Source: an uncultured delta proteobacterium (GTDB lineage Bacteria; Myxococcota; Myxococcia; Myxococcales; Myxococcaceae). From it: a stretch of DNA of 64,000 nt. The stretch is taken from assembly GCA_963796055.1 (NCBI GenBank), contig CAWCKH010000004.1:32001-96000 (forward strand), in the 5' to 3' direction. Below, piece after piece: positions 1-8,758 of the stretch; within the stretch, counting starts at the first letter, position 1; each line of letters opens with the position of its first letter. Below the pieces are notes generated by a model. The model ran no database searches and was not told the origin of the DNA. It saw only the letters and a program-made list of their open reading frames with translations. The translations under genes were made by a program, and so were the position numbers.

Positions 1-4
1 CGGG

Positions 5-1573
5 GTGGTACGGGTCGTCGACGGCATGCCCGTCCGCACCCGCTGGCCGGACCTCGCCCGCATGGTGGAGGGCGTGGAGGGCAAGGTCCGGATGCGGATG
101 GAGCTGGTCATCCGCTTCGACTACGGCTCCATCGTCCCCTGGGTGCGCAAGGGCCGGGAGAACGCGCTCCTGGCCATCGGAGGCCCGGACGCCCTCGAGG
201 TCCTCTCCCCCGTCCCCACCCGCGGCGAGGGGTTGACCACCGTCGCCCGCTTCGACGTCTCCCCGGGCGAGCGCGTCCCGTTCCTGCTCACCTGGCATCC
301 GAGCCATGAGGACCCGCCCCTCTCCACCGACCCGGTGCACGCGCTGGCGGAGACCGAGCGGTACTGGCAGCGCTGGTCGGACCGGTGCAGCTACAAGGGA
401 CCCTGGCGCGAGGCGGTGGTCCGGTCGCTGCTGACCTTGAAGGCCCTCATCTACGCGCCCACCGGCGGCATCGTGGCCGCGGCCACCACCTCCCTGCCCG
501 AGCAGATCGGCGGAGTGCGCAACTGGGACTACCGCTACTGCTGGGTGCGCGACGCCACCTTGTGCCTCTATGCGCTGCTGCAAGGCGGCTACATCGAGGA
601 GGCGCGGGCCTGGCGCGACTGGCTCCTGCGGAGCGTGGCCGGAAGCCCCGATGATCTCCGCACGCTCTATGGCGTGCGGGGAGAGCGGCGCCTCACCGAG
701 CTCGAGCTCCCGTGGCTGCCGGGCTACGAGCAGAGCCGTCCGGTGCGGGTGGGGAACGCCGCCGTCGACCAGCTCCAGCTCGACGTCTACGGCGAGCTGA
801 TGGACGCGCTCTACACCGCGCGCCGGGTGGGCCTCTCCCACAGCGAGAATGCCTGGCGGGTGCAGTGCAAGCTGATGGAGTGGCTGGAGCGCAACTGGTC
901 CCAGCCCGATGAGGGCATCTGGGAGGTCCGGGGGCCCCGGCAGCAGTTCACCCACTCCAAGGTCATGTGCTGGGTGGCACTCGACCGGGCGGTGAAGATG
1001 GCCGAGCGATTCGGGCATCACGGTCCCGTCGACCGCTGGCGCGCGACGCGGGACCGGATCCACGCCGAGGTCTGCGAGAAGGGCTGGAACGCCGCGCGCG
1101 GCAGCTTCACCCAGTCCTACGGCAGCGACGCGCTGGACGCGAGCCTGCTCCTCATCCCCCAGGTGGGCTTCCTCCCGGCGTCGGACCCGAGGGTGGTGAA
1201 GACGGTGGAGGCGATCCAGCGCGAGCTGGTCGACGACGGCTTTGTTCTCCGCTACCGGACCTCGGCCTCGGTCGACGGGCTCCCTCCCGGGGAAGGCGCC
1301 TTCCTTCCCTGCAGCTTCTGGCTCGTGGACGCGCTCGCCATTCTGGGGCGGCAGGACGAGGCCAGCGCACTCTTCGAACGGCTGCTGGCGGTGCGGAACG
1401 ACGTGGGGCTGCTGAGCGAGGAGTACGACCCCCGGGCCCGGAGGCTGGTGGGCAACTTCCCCCAGGCGTTCAGCCACATCACCCTGGTCGACACCGCCTC
1501 CAACCTGGCGCGCCTGCCGTCCGCGCCGGGACAGCACCGCGGCGACGGAGGGGGCCGAGCAGGTTCGGAGTGA
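5..1573 (+). CDS. Glycoside hydrolase family 15 (glucoamylase/trehalase-like), probably 5'-truncated by the window edge
   Basis: Motifs GGIVAAATTSLPE, NWDYRYCWVRD, QLDVYGE, PDEGIWE, GLLSEEY and GNFPQAFSH are typical of GH15. Confidence 0.93.
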   Translation: MVRVVDGMPVRTRWPDLARMVEGVEGKVRMRMELVIRFDYGSIVPWVRKGRENALLAIGGPDALEVLSPVPTRGEGLTTVARFDVSPGERVPFLLTWHPSHEDPPLSTDPVHALAETERYWQRWSDRCSYKGPWREAVVRSLLTLKALIYAPTGGIVAAATTSLPEQIGGVRNWDYRYCWVRDATLCLYALLQGGYIEEARAWRDWLLRSVAGSPDDLRTLYGVRGERRLTELELPWLPGYEQSRPVRVGNAAVDQLQLDVYGELMDALYTARRVGLSHSENAWRVQCKLMEWLERNWSQPDEGIWEVRGPRQQFTHSKVMCWVALDRAVKMAERFGHHGPVDRWRATRDRIHAEVCEKGWNAARGSFTQSYGSDALDASLLLIPQVGFLPASDPRVVKTVEAIQRELVDDGFVLRYRTSASVDGLPPGEGAFLPCSFWLVDALAILGRQDEASALFERLLAVRNDVGLLSEEYDPRARRLVGNFPQAFSHITLVDTASNLARLPSAPGQHRGDGGGRAGSE

Positions 1574-1616
1574 TGGATCGCGCGGTGTCGTGACAAGCTA
1601 GGGCACTGATCCGCTG

Positions 1617-2894
1617 GTGACGACCCCGTCCTCCGCCCCGCGCCTCGCCGCGCTCGTCCTGGCGCTCGCCGCCACGCCCGCGGGCGCGCGGGTCGCCGTG
1701 CTCCCGCTCAGCGGACCCAGGAACCACACCCTGGAGCGCCAGCTGGCCTCCTCCATCTGCGCGAAGATGGGCTGCGTCCCCGCCTCCAACGTGATGAGCG
1801 GCAAGAAGGTGGACTGGGACAAGGTCCGGCGGGCTCGCCTCGAGGGCGTGGTGGTCGGCGGCCTGTCCAAGGCCACCCGGCCCCAGGTGCTCGAGGTCAG
1901 CTTCCTCACCCCCGACGGGCAACGGGCCTGGCGTCAGCGCTACACCATCGTCAACGGACGCATCTCCTCCACCAACCTGGTGCAGATCCGCGACGGCATC
2001 CTGGCCACAGCAAGGCCCGCTCCGGCCGCCGCACCCGCCCCCCAGCCTCCGCCGAGGGCCGCTCCCCCCGCCGCCGCGGGAACCGCGGCCGCGCCGCCCG
2101 CGCCTCCGCCCGGGGAGATCGCCCCTCCGCCCGCAGGCACGGACATCTCGGCCGCGGGCACCGCCGCCGACCTCGGCGGACCTCCCAAGCCGGACCTGTT
2201 CGAGCTGGAGATCGCCGCCCAGGTCCTCCACCGCAGCTGGAGCTACTCGGACTACGACCCCGCCGGCGGGCTGCGCACCTACAGCCTCTCGCTCTACACC
2301 CAGCCCCGGGCGCGGCTCGGCGTGTACCCATTGCGCTCTGCCGAGGGATTGTTCGCCGCGGCCGGGGTGGAGCTGTCCGGGGCGGTGGCAATCGGAACGG
2401 TGCTCGCCGGGAATGACCCGGCAGCTCCGAGGTTCCCGCTGAGCCTGTGGTGGATGGACGCGGGCCTGCGGGTCCGCCTTCGTCTGGGGAGCTGGACGCT
2501 CGGACCCGGGGCCGGTTTTCATCTGTCACATCAATCCGTCAACCCGAACTCCCAGGGGGCCCGGCTCGACGGGGTCCCCACCGTGGACGCCAAGGCCCTC
2601 CGGGTCGGGCTCGAATTCGGTGGCCCCATCGCCGGCGCGTTCGGGCTCACCGGAGAATTCAACTACCTCCTGGTGCTCTCCACGGGGGTGGATACCGCCG
2701 AATTCCCCGACCAGAGTGCGGGACCCGCGTTCGAGGGGCGGCTGGGCGCGACCTGGCAGGTCTCTCGCGTGCTCCGGTTGTTCCTGGCCGGCACCTACTT
2801 CCAGGAGAACTACAACCTCAACGCCCCGGGACGCGCTGACAGTGCGCAAGCCGCCGTCTTCGGTGGGGAGCTGGGCTTCCGGCTGGGTCTCTGA
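1617..2894 (+). CDS. Secreted protein: N-terminal domain, Pro/Ala linker, C-terminal outer-membrane beta-barrel-like region (paralog of 5434-6852)
   Basis: Signal peptide (LAALVLALAATPAGA), PAPAAAPAP linker, alternating amphipathic strands ending GGELGFRLGL. Confidence 0.7.
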   Translation: MTTPSSAPRLAALVLALAATPAGARVAVLPLSGPRNHTLERQLASSICAKMGCVPASNVMSGKKVDWDKVRRARLEGVVVGGLSKATRPQVLEVSFLTPDGQRAWRQRYTIVNGRISSTNLVQIRDGILATARPAPAAAPAPQPPPRAAPPAAAGTAAAPPAPPPGEIAPPPAGTDISAAGTAADLGGPPKPDLFELEIAAQVLHRSWSYSDYDPAGGLRTYSLSLYTQPRARLGVYPLRSAEGLFAAAGVELSGAVAIGTVLAGNDPAAPRFPLSLWWMDAGLRVRLRLGSWTLGPGAGFHLSHQSVNPNSQGARLDGVPTVDAKALRVGLEFGGPIAGAFGLTGEFNYLLVLSTGVDTAEFPDQSAGPAFEGRLGATWQVSRVLRLFLAGTYFQENYNLNAPGRADSAQAAVFGGELGFRLGL

Positions 2895-2959
2895 CGGAAG
2901 GCACCCGGTTCCGGCAATGACAGAGGTCCCTCTCCGAACCCTCCGCGCTAGAGTCGCCC

Positions 2960-3511
2960 ATGGTCATGACCAAGATGAACCGTCTTCTTTCGCTCCTCCT
3001 GCTGGTCGCGCTTCCCGCCGCGGCCACCGCGGCCCTCAAGGCGCGCCCGCCCTCCCAGGTCACGTTCGTCGCAGTGGGTCCCGCCGGACTGCGCATCGAG
3101 GGAAAGTCCACCGACCTCCAGGTCACCGACCGGCCCGACGCGCTGGTGGTCACCGTGCCCCTCGCCAGGCTCGAGACCGGCATCTCGCTCCGCGATCAGC
3201 ACATGAAGGAGAAGTACCTCGAGGCCCAGAAGTACCCCAACGCCCAGCTCGCCGTGTCGCGCACCGCGATCAAGTTCCCTCACGACGGCCAGACCACCGA
3301 GGGCACCGTGCCGGCGACGCTCGCCCTGCACGGGAAGTCCAAGACCGTCCCCGTGCACTACCGGGCGACTCGGCAGGGCCGCTCCTACGACGTCAAGGGC
3401 GATCTGAAGGTCGACTTCCGAGAGTTCGGCATCGAGATCCCCAATTACCTCGGCGCCACCGTGAAGCCGCCGGTGGACGTCAACGTCGCCTTCGTCGTGG
3501 ATGAGACGTAG
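2960..3511 (+). CDS. YceI family polyisoprenoid-binding periplasmic protein
   Basis: Signal peptide; L-x-TG-x-x-LRD-x-H, YP, LALHG and FGI motifs of YceI; alternative starts at 2966 and 2975. Confidence 0.88.
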   Translation: MVMTKMNRLLSLLLLVALPAAATAALKARPPSQVTFVAVGPAGLRIEGKSTDLQVTDRPDALVVTVPLARLETGISLRDQHMKEKYLEAQKYPNAQLAVSRTAIKFPHDGQTTEGTVPATLALHGKSKTVPVHYRATRQGRSYDVKGDLKVDFREFGIEIPNYLGATVKPPVDVNVAFVVDET

Positions 3512-4715
3512 CGGCCGCCGCGGTCCGCTCTTGCTGACGGCCGCCGTGCTCCTCATCCCGGGCGCGGCGCGCGCATATCCGTGGATGATTCGCCACGGCT
3601 ACAGCGGCTGCGGCGTCTGCCACATCGACCCCTCCGGTGCCGGACTCCTCACCGACTACGGGCGGGCCCAGTCGGACCTCCTGATGGCCACCCGGTGGAC
3701 GCCGGAGAAGTCCGAGGAGGCGAGCCCCACCGCCGACTTCGGATTCGGTCTCTTCAAGCTCCCCGACTGGCTGTTCCTCGGAATCACCTACCGCGGGGGC
3801 GAGCTGTTCGCCCGTTCCACCACCAGCGACGACTCCGGGTTGCAGCAGAGCACCGCCACCGACCATCGGTGGCTCCACATGCTGGCGGACTTCCGTGCCG
3901 GCCTGCGCATCGGCCGGTTCCGGGCCTCCGGTGCCATTGGCTGGCTCCAGATCCCGGCCTCGGCGATCAGCGTGACCTCCAAGCCCCAGAACAACATCGT
4001 CGCCCGCGAGTTCTGGGCCGGCTGGGAGCTCGGCGAGGAGGCGGGGCTGGTCCGCGGCGGGCGCATCAACCTTCCCTTCGGCCTGAGGAACGTCGAGCAC
4101 ACCGCCTGGGTGCGCTCGGCCACCCGCACCGACATCAACGAGGACCAGCAGTACGGAGTGTCGCTGCTCCTCGCGGGTGAGACGGTGCGCGGGGAGATCA
4201 TGGCCATCGCCGGCAACTACCAGGTGAAGCCCGACGAGTACCGGGAACGCGGCTATTCCGGGTACGTCGAGGCCATGGTGGCGCCCTCGGTGGCCCTGGG
4301 GCTGAGCAGCCTCGTCACCCGCGCCGAGGCCGGGCTGTCCACCAAGATGCCCACGCTGCGGCAGGCGCACGGCGCATTCCTGCGCTGGGGCATCCTCCCG
4401 GAGCTGGGACTCCTCGCCGAGGCCGACGTCCTCTTGCAGCAACGGCTGGGGAGCGGGGTACTCGAGGCCGGCTCGACCACCTGGAGCCAGCTCGATTGGG
4501 AGCCCATCCAGGGGCTCCACCTGATGCCGGCGTTCGAGACCTGGAAGCAGTACGGGGACGTGAGCGGGGTCTCGACCGGCGAGTGGATCACCGTGGACTG
4601 GTTTCCCTGGAGCCACCTCGAGCTGCGGATCGACCTGTTCTTCCGGCAGCAACCGCAGACCGGCGGCTCCACCGACAGCGTCGGGGCCCTCTTCCAGGTG
4701 CACGTGCTGCTGTGA
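3501..4715 (+). CDS. Cyc2-like fused monoheme cytochrome c / outer-membrane porin
   Basis: Signal peptide ending AARA, then YPWMIRHGYSGCGVCH...LLTDYGR, then beta-strand-rich body (VRGGRINLPFG, LLAEAD, ELRIDLF) ending LFQVHVLL. Confidence 0.72.
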   Translation: MRRSGRRGPLLLTAAVLLIPGAARAYPWMIRHGYSGCGVCHIDPSGAGLLTDYGRAQSDLLMATRWTPEKSEEASPTADFGFGLFKLPDWLFLGITYRGGELFARSTTSDDSGLQQSTATDHRWLHMLADFRAGLRIGRFRASGAIGWLQIPASAISVTSKPQNNIVAREFWAGWELGEEAGLVRGGRINLPFGLRNVEHTAWVRSATRTDINEDQQYGVSLLLAGETVRGEIMAIAGNYQVKPDEYRERGYSGYVEAMVAPSVALGLSSLVTRAEAGLSTKMPTLRQAHGAFLRWGILPELGLLAEADVLLQQRLGSGVLEAGSTTWSQLDWEPIQGLHLMPAFETWKQYGDVSGVSTGEWITVDWFPWSHLELRIDLFFRQQPQTGGSTDSVGALFQVHVLL

Positions 4716-4716
4716 G

Positions 4717-5430
4717 ATGCCTCGGCCCTGGATGGGGCGCGGGACCGAGCACGGGCAGGTGAGCGGGCCACCGCCCGCGGCGGCCGGTAGGCTGAAGCCG
4801 CTCCTTCGCCGCGCCCTGTGGGTCCTGGGGACGGGAGCCGCCTTCCTGCTCCTGGCGGTGCTGGGCCTCGGTCTGGCAAGCCTGCTCTCTCCCGGCGAGT
4901 CGTTCCGGCCGGACCCCGAGCCGGTCCCCGTCGCGCGCCCGGCACCGCGTCCCCAGCCGCCCGAGCCGGTCCCCCCGCCCCCGCCGGCTGCGCTGCACGA
5001 GCCACCCCGCCCGCCTCCCGTCGCCGTGGAGCCCGAACCGCCGCGTCCGCTCCTCCCCGCCACGACCCTCACCCTTCCTACCCGCCTCCGCCTCCGGCGG
5101 GAGCTGATTCACGGCCTGGCAGAGCTCAAGGACGAGCTGGGGCGCTGTCCCGCCGACCCGGTCGCGCCGCCACCCGGCCGGCGCGCCGCGCTGGTGCTGG
5201 ACACGGTGACCGAGGCCGAGGCGGTGCGGGTGGTGGGCAGCAGGCTGGAGGCGGACGGCCCGGTCAACGATGGCTTCGTCTCCTGCGCTCGCTCGGTGCT
5301 CGAGGGAAAGCGGCTCCCCACCCCCGGAGCCGCCGCCGGGGCGCGGTTGCGCCTCGTCCTCCCGATCGGTCCGAAGGGGAACTCGCTCTCGATCTCGGCG
5401 GCGTCGCTCTCCGAGGCCGAACGGCCATGA
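4717..5430 (+). CDS. Single-TM, Pro-rich protein with small C-terminal alpha/beta domain (TonB-/AgmX-C-like architecture)
   Basis: TM helix (AAFLLLAVLGLGLASLL), PEP/PPP spacer, C-terminal domain with two Cys (ELGRC...FVSCARSVL). Confidence 0.55.
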   Translation: MPRPWMGRGTEHGQVSGPPPAAAGRLKPLLRRALWVLGTGAAFLLLAVLGLGLASLLSPGESFRPDPEPVPVARPAPRPQPPEPVPPPPPAALHEPPRPPPVAVEPEPPRPLLPATTLTLPTRLRLRRELIHGLAELKDELGRCPADPVAPPPGRRAALVLDTVTEAEAVRVVGSRLEADGPVNDGFVSCARSVLEGKRLPTPGAAAGARLRLVLPIGPKGNSLSISAASLSEAERP

Positions 5431-5433
5431 GCG

Positions 5434-6852
5434 CTACAGCCGCCAGGCCAGCCAGAGACCGCCGCTGAGGTACGTGTCCGTCGCCCCACCGGCCACGTGC
5501 GAGTCGCCGGGCTCGGGGTTGAAGGTGAACCCGTAGCGCTGCACCGCGCCCATCAGCCGGATCTCGAACGAGCGCCCGAGCTCGATCCCGAAGCCGACGT
5601 TGGCGTCCAGGCCCATCGACGACTGCCGCGGGAACCACGCCGCGCTGCCGATCTCCCCGACCGCGAACAGGTGGCGGTACGCCGCGCCGCCCAGGAACGA
5701 CACCGGCCCGAAGAGCGAGAAGCGGAAATCCACCCCGGCGGCCAGGGCCGAGTAGCCCACGTCGGGGATGTCCGGCCTGGGACTAGAGGCGGTCCCGGAG
5801 ATGGTGAACGTCTGGCGCTCGAAGCGCGCCTCGAGCCCCAGGTGCGACTTCTCGCCGATGAGGAAGCGGTAGCCCAGCCCGGCCCCCCAGACCAGCGCCT
5901 TCGTGGGGTAGCTCGTCCCGTCCTGGGCCTGGGACTGCAGCCCGACCGACATCGCGATGTGGCCGGTGAAGTAGACGCGGCCGCCGAAGAGCGGCGCCCA
6001 GGTGAGCTCCACCGCCGGAGCCACCGCGGCGCCCAGCGAGTAGCCCTGGAGCGACTGGTTCAGGTCGTCTTTGTAGGTGAAGTTCCGGGTGAAGAGCGCC
6101 GCGCCGGCGGCGATGTCCAGCGCCGGGCGCTGCGAGTCGCGCGGCGAGGCGGCCTCGGCGCTGACCGTTCCCCCGACGATGCCCGGGTCGCCCGGCGGGG
6201 CGGACGCCGCCGCGGCAGCGGTCGGGAGCGGCGGTGCGGCGCCCGTGGGAAGGGCCGGCTCTCCGGGCGGAGGAGCTGCCCCTGCGGCGAGCGTGGGGCC
6301 CTGGGCTGGCGCTGCAGCGGCAGGGGCCGCAGCCACCGCGGCCACGCCTCCCACCGGGACGGGCTGGAGCGACCCGGGCCGGGGCGCCTTGGTGCCGCCC
6401 AGCGAGCGCTGGAAGCGCGGCTTCAGCTGCTTGGAGAGCACCTGTCCCAGGGCCTTGACGCTGGGCGCCTTCCAGGTCGCGTCGTCCACGATGGAGCCGG
6501 TCGCACCGTCGCGGACCTGGACCACGGCGAGCTGGCTGCTCCCCTTGTCCAGGGTGGTGACCCGGACAACCGCGTCGAGCTTCATCCCCAGCGCCAGCGC
6601 CTGGTACGCCCCGTCGGTGCCGAGCGTCTGACCGTACTTCTGGGCCTCGTCCTGGAGCCGGTTGTCGGGGACGGTCACGCCCTTCAGCGCGCCCAGCGCA
6701 GCCTTTCCCGCCACTGGCGCGCCCGGGCCGGTGGCCAGCACCCCGTAGCGGCGGGCGCTCTTCGACGCCGGGGCCTTGGCCTTCTTCGACGCGGCGAGGG
6801 CGGGGCTCGTCACCAGCGCGGCGAGGAACAGCAGCAGGGCGGAGGTCCTCAT
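5434..6852 (-). CDS. Secreted protein: N-terminal domain, Ala/Pro linker, C-terminal beta-barrel-like region (paralog of 1617-2894)
   Basis: ATG at 6852 overlaps upstream TGA (ATGA); signal MRTSALLLFLAALVTSPALA; C-terminal strand GGLWLAWRL. Confidence 0.72.
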   Translation of the reverse strand: MRTSALLLFLAALVTSPALAASKKAKAPASKSARRYGVLATGPGAPVAGKAALGALKGVTVPDNRLQDEAQKYGQTLGTDGAYQALALGMKLDAVVRVTTLDKGSSQLAVVQVRDGATGSIVDDATWKAPSVKALGQVLSKQLKPRFQRSLGGTKAPRPGSLQPVPVGGVAAVAAAPAAAAPAQGPTLAAGAAPPPGEPALPTGAAPPLPTAAAAASAPPGDPGIVGGTVSAEAASPRDSQRPALDIAAGAALFTRNFTYKDDLNQSLQGYSLGAAVAPAVELTWAPLFGGRVYFTGHIAMSVGLQSQAQDGTSYPTKALVWGAGLGYRFLIGEKSHLGLEARFERQTFTISGTASSPRPDIPDVGYSALAAGVDFRFSLFGPVSFLGGAAYRHLFAVGEIGSAAWFPRQSSMGLDANVGFGIELGRSFEIRLMGAVQRYGFTFNPEPGDSHVAGGATDTYLSGGLWLAWRL

Positions 6853-7286
6853 TCCTCGCCCCCTGCAGCGAGGTTCCGCGTCCACTCGGCGATGCAGGTG
6901 ATCTCCCCGTTGGTGAGCCCGCCCCCGGGCGGCATCGACGAGGTGCAGGTCGGGTTCACCTGGCTGATCAGCTCCTGCAGCGTCCCGCCGTCGAGGTGGT
7001 CCACCCGAACACGGGGCGGACAGGCGTTGGTGCTGACGTCCACCAGCCGCGCACCGGCGTTCGCTGACTCGAGGTCCAGCCCGTTCTGGTGCACCGCGGC
7101 CGAGTGACAGCCGGAGACGCATTTCTTGAGGATGACCTCGGCCTTGGCCGGCTTGCCCAGGCTGGGGCAGACGAATCCGCTGACGTTCGAGCCTCCGTCT
7201 CCGAAGCGGTCCGGGTTGTCCAGGGAGCCCGCGCACCCTGCCAGCATCCACAGGCAGGTGAGGACCAACACACGTCGATGGAGCAC
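6849..7286 (-). CDS. Lipoprotein monoheme c-type cytochrome with CX3CH motif
   Basis: Lipobox LAGC; CVSGCH; GLDL; distal MPP; C-terminal EI..IAEW helix typical of class I/planctomycete-type cytochrome c domains. Confidence 0.7.
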   Translation of the reverse strand: MLHRRVLVLTCLWMLAGCAGSLDNPDRFGDGGSNVSGFVCPSLGKPAKAEVILKKCVSGCHSAAVHQNGLDLESANAGARLVDVSTNACPPRVRVDHLDGGTLQELISQVNPTCTSSMPPGGGLTNGEITCIAEWTRNLAAGGEE

Positions 7287-7356
7287 GACTGGAACGGTAA
7301 ACGAGCGTCAGGTGAGCGGACAATGTGCTCGACGCGCCCACCCGCGGGATTCGGCT

Positions 7357-8724
7357 TCAGGGCCGGGCGCGCGGGGGTTCGATGGCGGGCGGAACCAGCG
7401 CGCCGGGCGCGTCGGCCAGAGCCCAGGTCAGCCAGGCGGTCGCCGCCGACGTCTGGGCAAGCGCCACCGGGTCGATCTTGTCCAGGGTGTCCGCCGCCGA
7501 GTGGTGAACGTCGAAGTAGTGCGTGGGCTCCTGCCACAGGTGAACCGTTGGGAGCCCACGCTTTCTCGCCAGGGGCCCGAGGTCCGCCCCGTGGAGCGTG
7601 CCTGTCCTCGGCTGTGGGTCGAGGCCCACCACCGTCAGGGGCTTGAGCAGCGGGGCGAGGAAGGACTCGGCGCCCTCCCCGCCGCGGAGGATGACCCAGA
7701 GCGGGCGGCTGGCGCCGGCGTCCAGCTCCAGGGCAGCAGCGTGTCGCTCGGCTCCATGGGTCTCGGCGTAGGCCTCTGCTCCGAGCTCCCCGACCTCCTC
7801 GGACATGAAGAGGACGAAGCGGACGGTCCTCCGGGGCGCCGGCCGCATGCGGGCGATGAGTCGCGCCGACTCCAGCACCATCGCCACCCCGGTCCCGTCG
7901 TCCTGCGCTCCCACCGCGAGGTCCCAGGAGTCCAGGTGCGCGCCGAGCAGGACGACCTCCGCCGGCTTCTCCCGCCCACGGATCTCCCCCACCACGTTCG
8001 CCGAGCGAACGTCGGCCTCGGTCCGGCAGCCGAGCACCAGGCGCACCCGCACCGGTCCGGCCGCGAGCCAGCGGTGGAGCGCCTCGGCGTCCTCGGTGGC
8101 CAGGGCCACCGCCGGGATGGCCCGGTGGCCGTGCTCGAACAGGACCACCCCGGTGTGAGGCGAGCGGAGCGAGGCGCTCGCCGCGGAGCGCACCATCGTC
8201 GCCACCGCGCCCCGCTCCGCCGCCTTCGCTGGCCCGAAGGTCCGCAGCGCCGAGGCCTGGCCATATCCCTCGTGGGTCGACATGCCGTGGTGGAAGTAGA
8301 CGATCCGGCCCTGGACGCTGGCCGTGGCCAGCGCCTCCAGGCTGGTGACCTCCACCACCTCCGCCTCCACGCCTCCCGGTGGCGTGGGCGCGCTGCCGCC
8401 GAGGGCGGTGAGCGCCAGCGGCCAGGCACGCCTTCCCGGGCCGGCCAGCACCTCTCCGCGCTCCTCACCCCGGATCCAGTGCGGCACGGCGACCGGCTCG
8501 GTGCGCACCGGCACCCCTGCCGCCTGGAACTGCTCCACGGCCCAGCGCACGGCGTCCGCGGCGCCCTGCGACCCGCTGAGACGGGGGCCGATCCGGTCGG
8601 TGAGGTCGGTGACGGTGGCGAGCGTGGCGCCGTCGGTCAGCGCACGGCCGGCGATGCTCTCGAAGGCGGACGGAGCGGAGGAGGGAGCGGCTGCGAGGAG
8701 GGTGAGCGCGAGCGAACCGAGCAT
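7357..8724 (-). CDS. M28 family metallopeptidase (carboxypeptidase Q-like) with PA domain
   Basis: IGPRLSGS, GAHLDSWD, GAQDDGTG, SEEVG and HHSAADTLDK motifs; signal peptide from ATG 8724. Confidence 0.92.
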   Translation of the reverse strand: MLGSLALTLLAAAPSSAPSAFESIAGRALTDGATLATVTDLTDRIGPRLSGSQGAADAVRWAVEQFQAAGVPVRTEPVAVPHWIRGEERGEVLAGPGRRAWPLALTALGGSAPTPPGGVEAEVVEVTSLEALATASVQGRIVYFHHGMSTHEGYGQASALRTFGPAKAAERGAVATMVRSAASASLRSPHTGVVLFEHGHRAIPAVALATEDAEALHRWLAAGPVRVRLVLGCRTEADVRSANVVGEIRGREKPAEVVLLGAHLDSWDLAVGAQDDGTGVAMVLESARLIARMRPAPRRTVRFVLFMSEEVGELGAEAYAETHGAERHAAALELDAGASRPLWVILRGGEGAESFLAPLLKPLTVVGLDPQPRTGTLHGADLGPLARKRGLPTVHLWQEPTHYFDVHHSAADTLDKIDPVALAQTSAATAWLTWALADAPGALVPPAIEPPRARP

Positions 8725-8758
8725 GGAGCGGTGTGCATGCCATAGACTGACCGGCACA

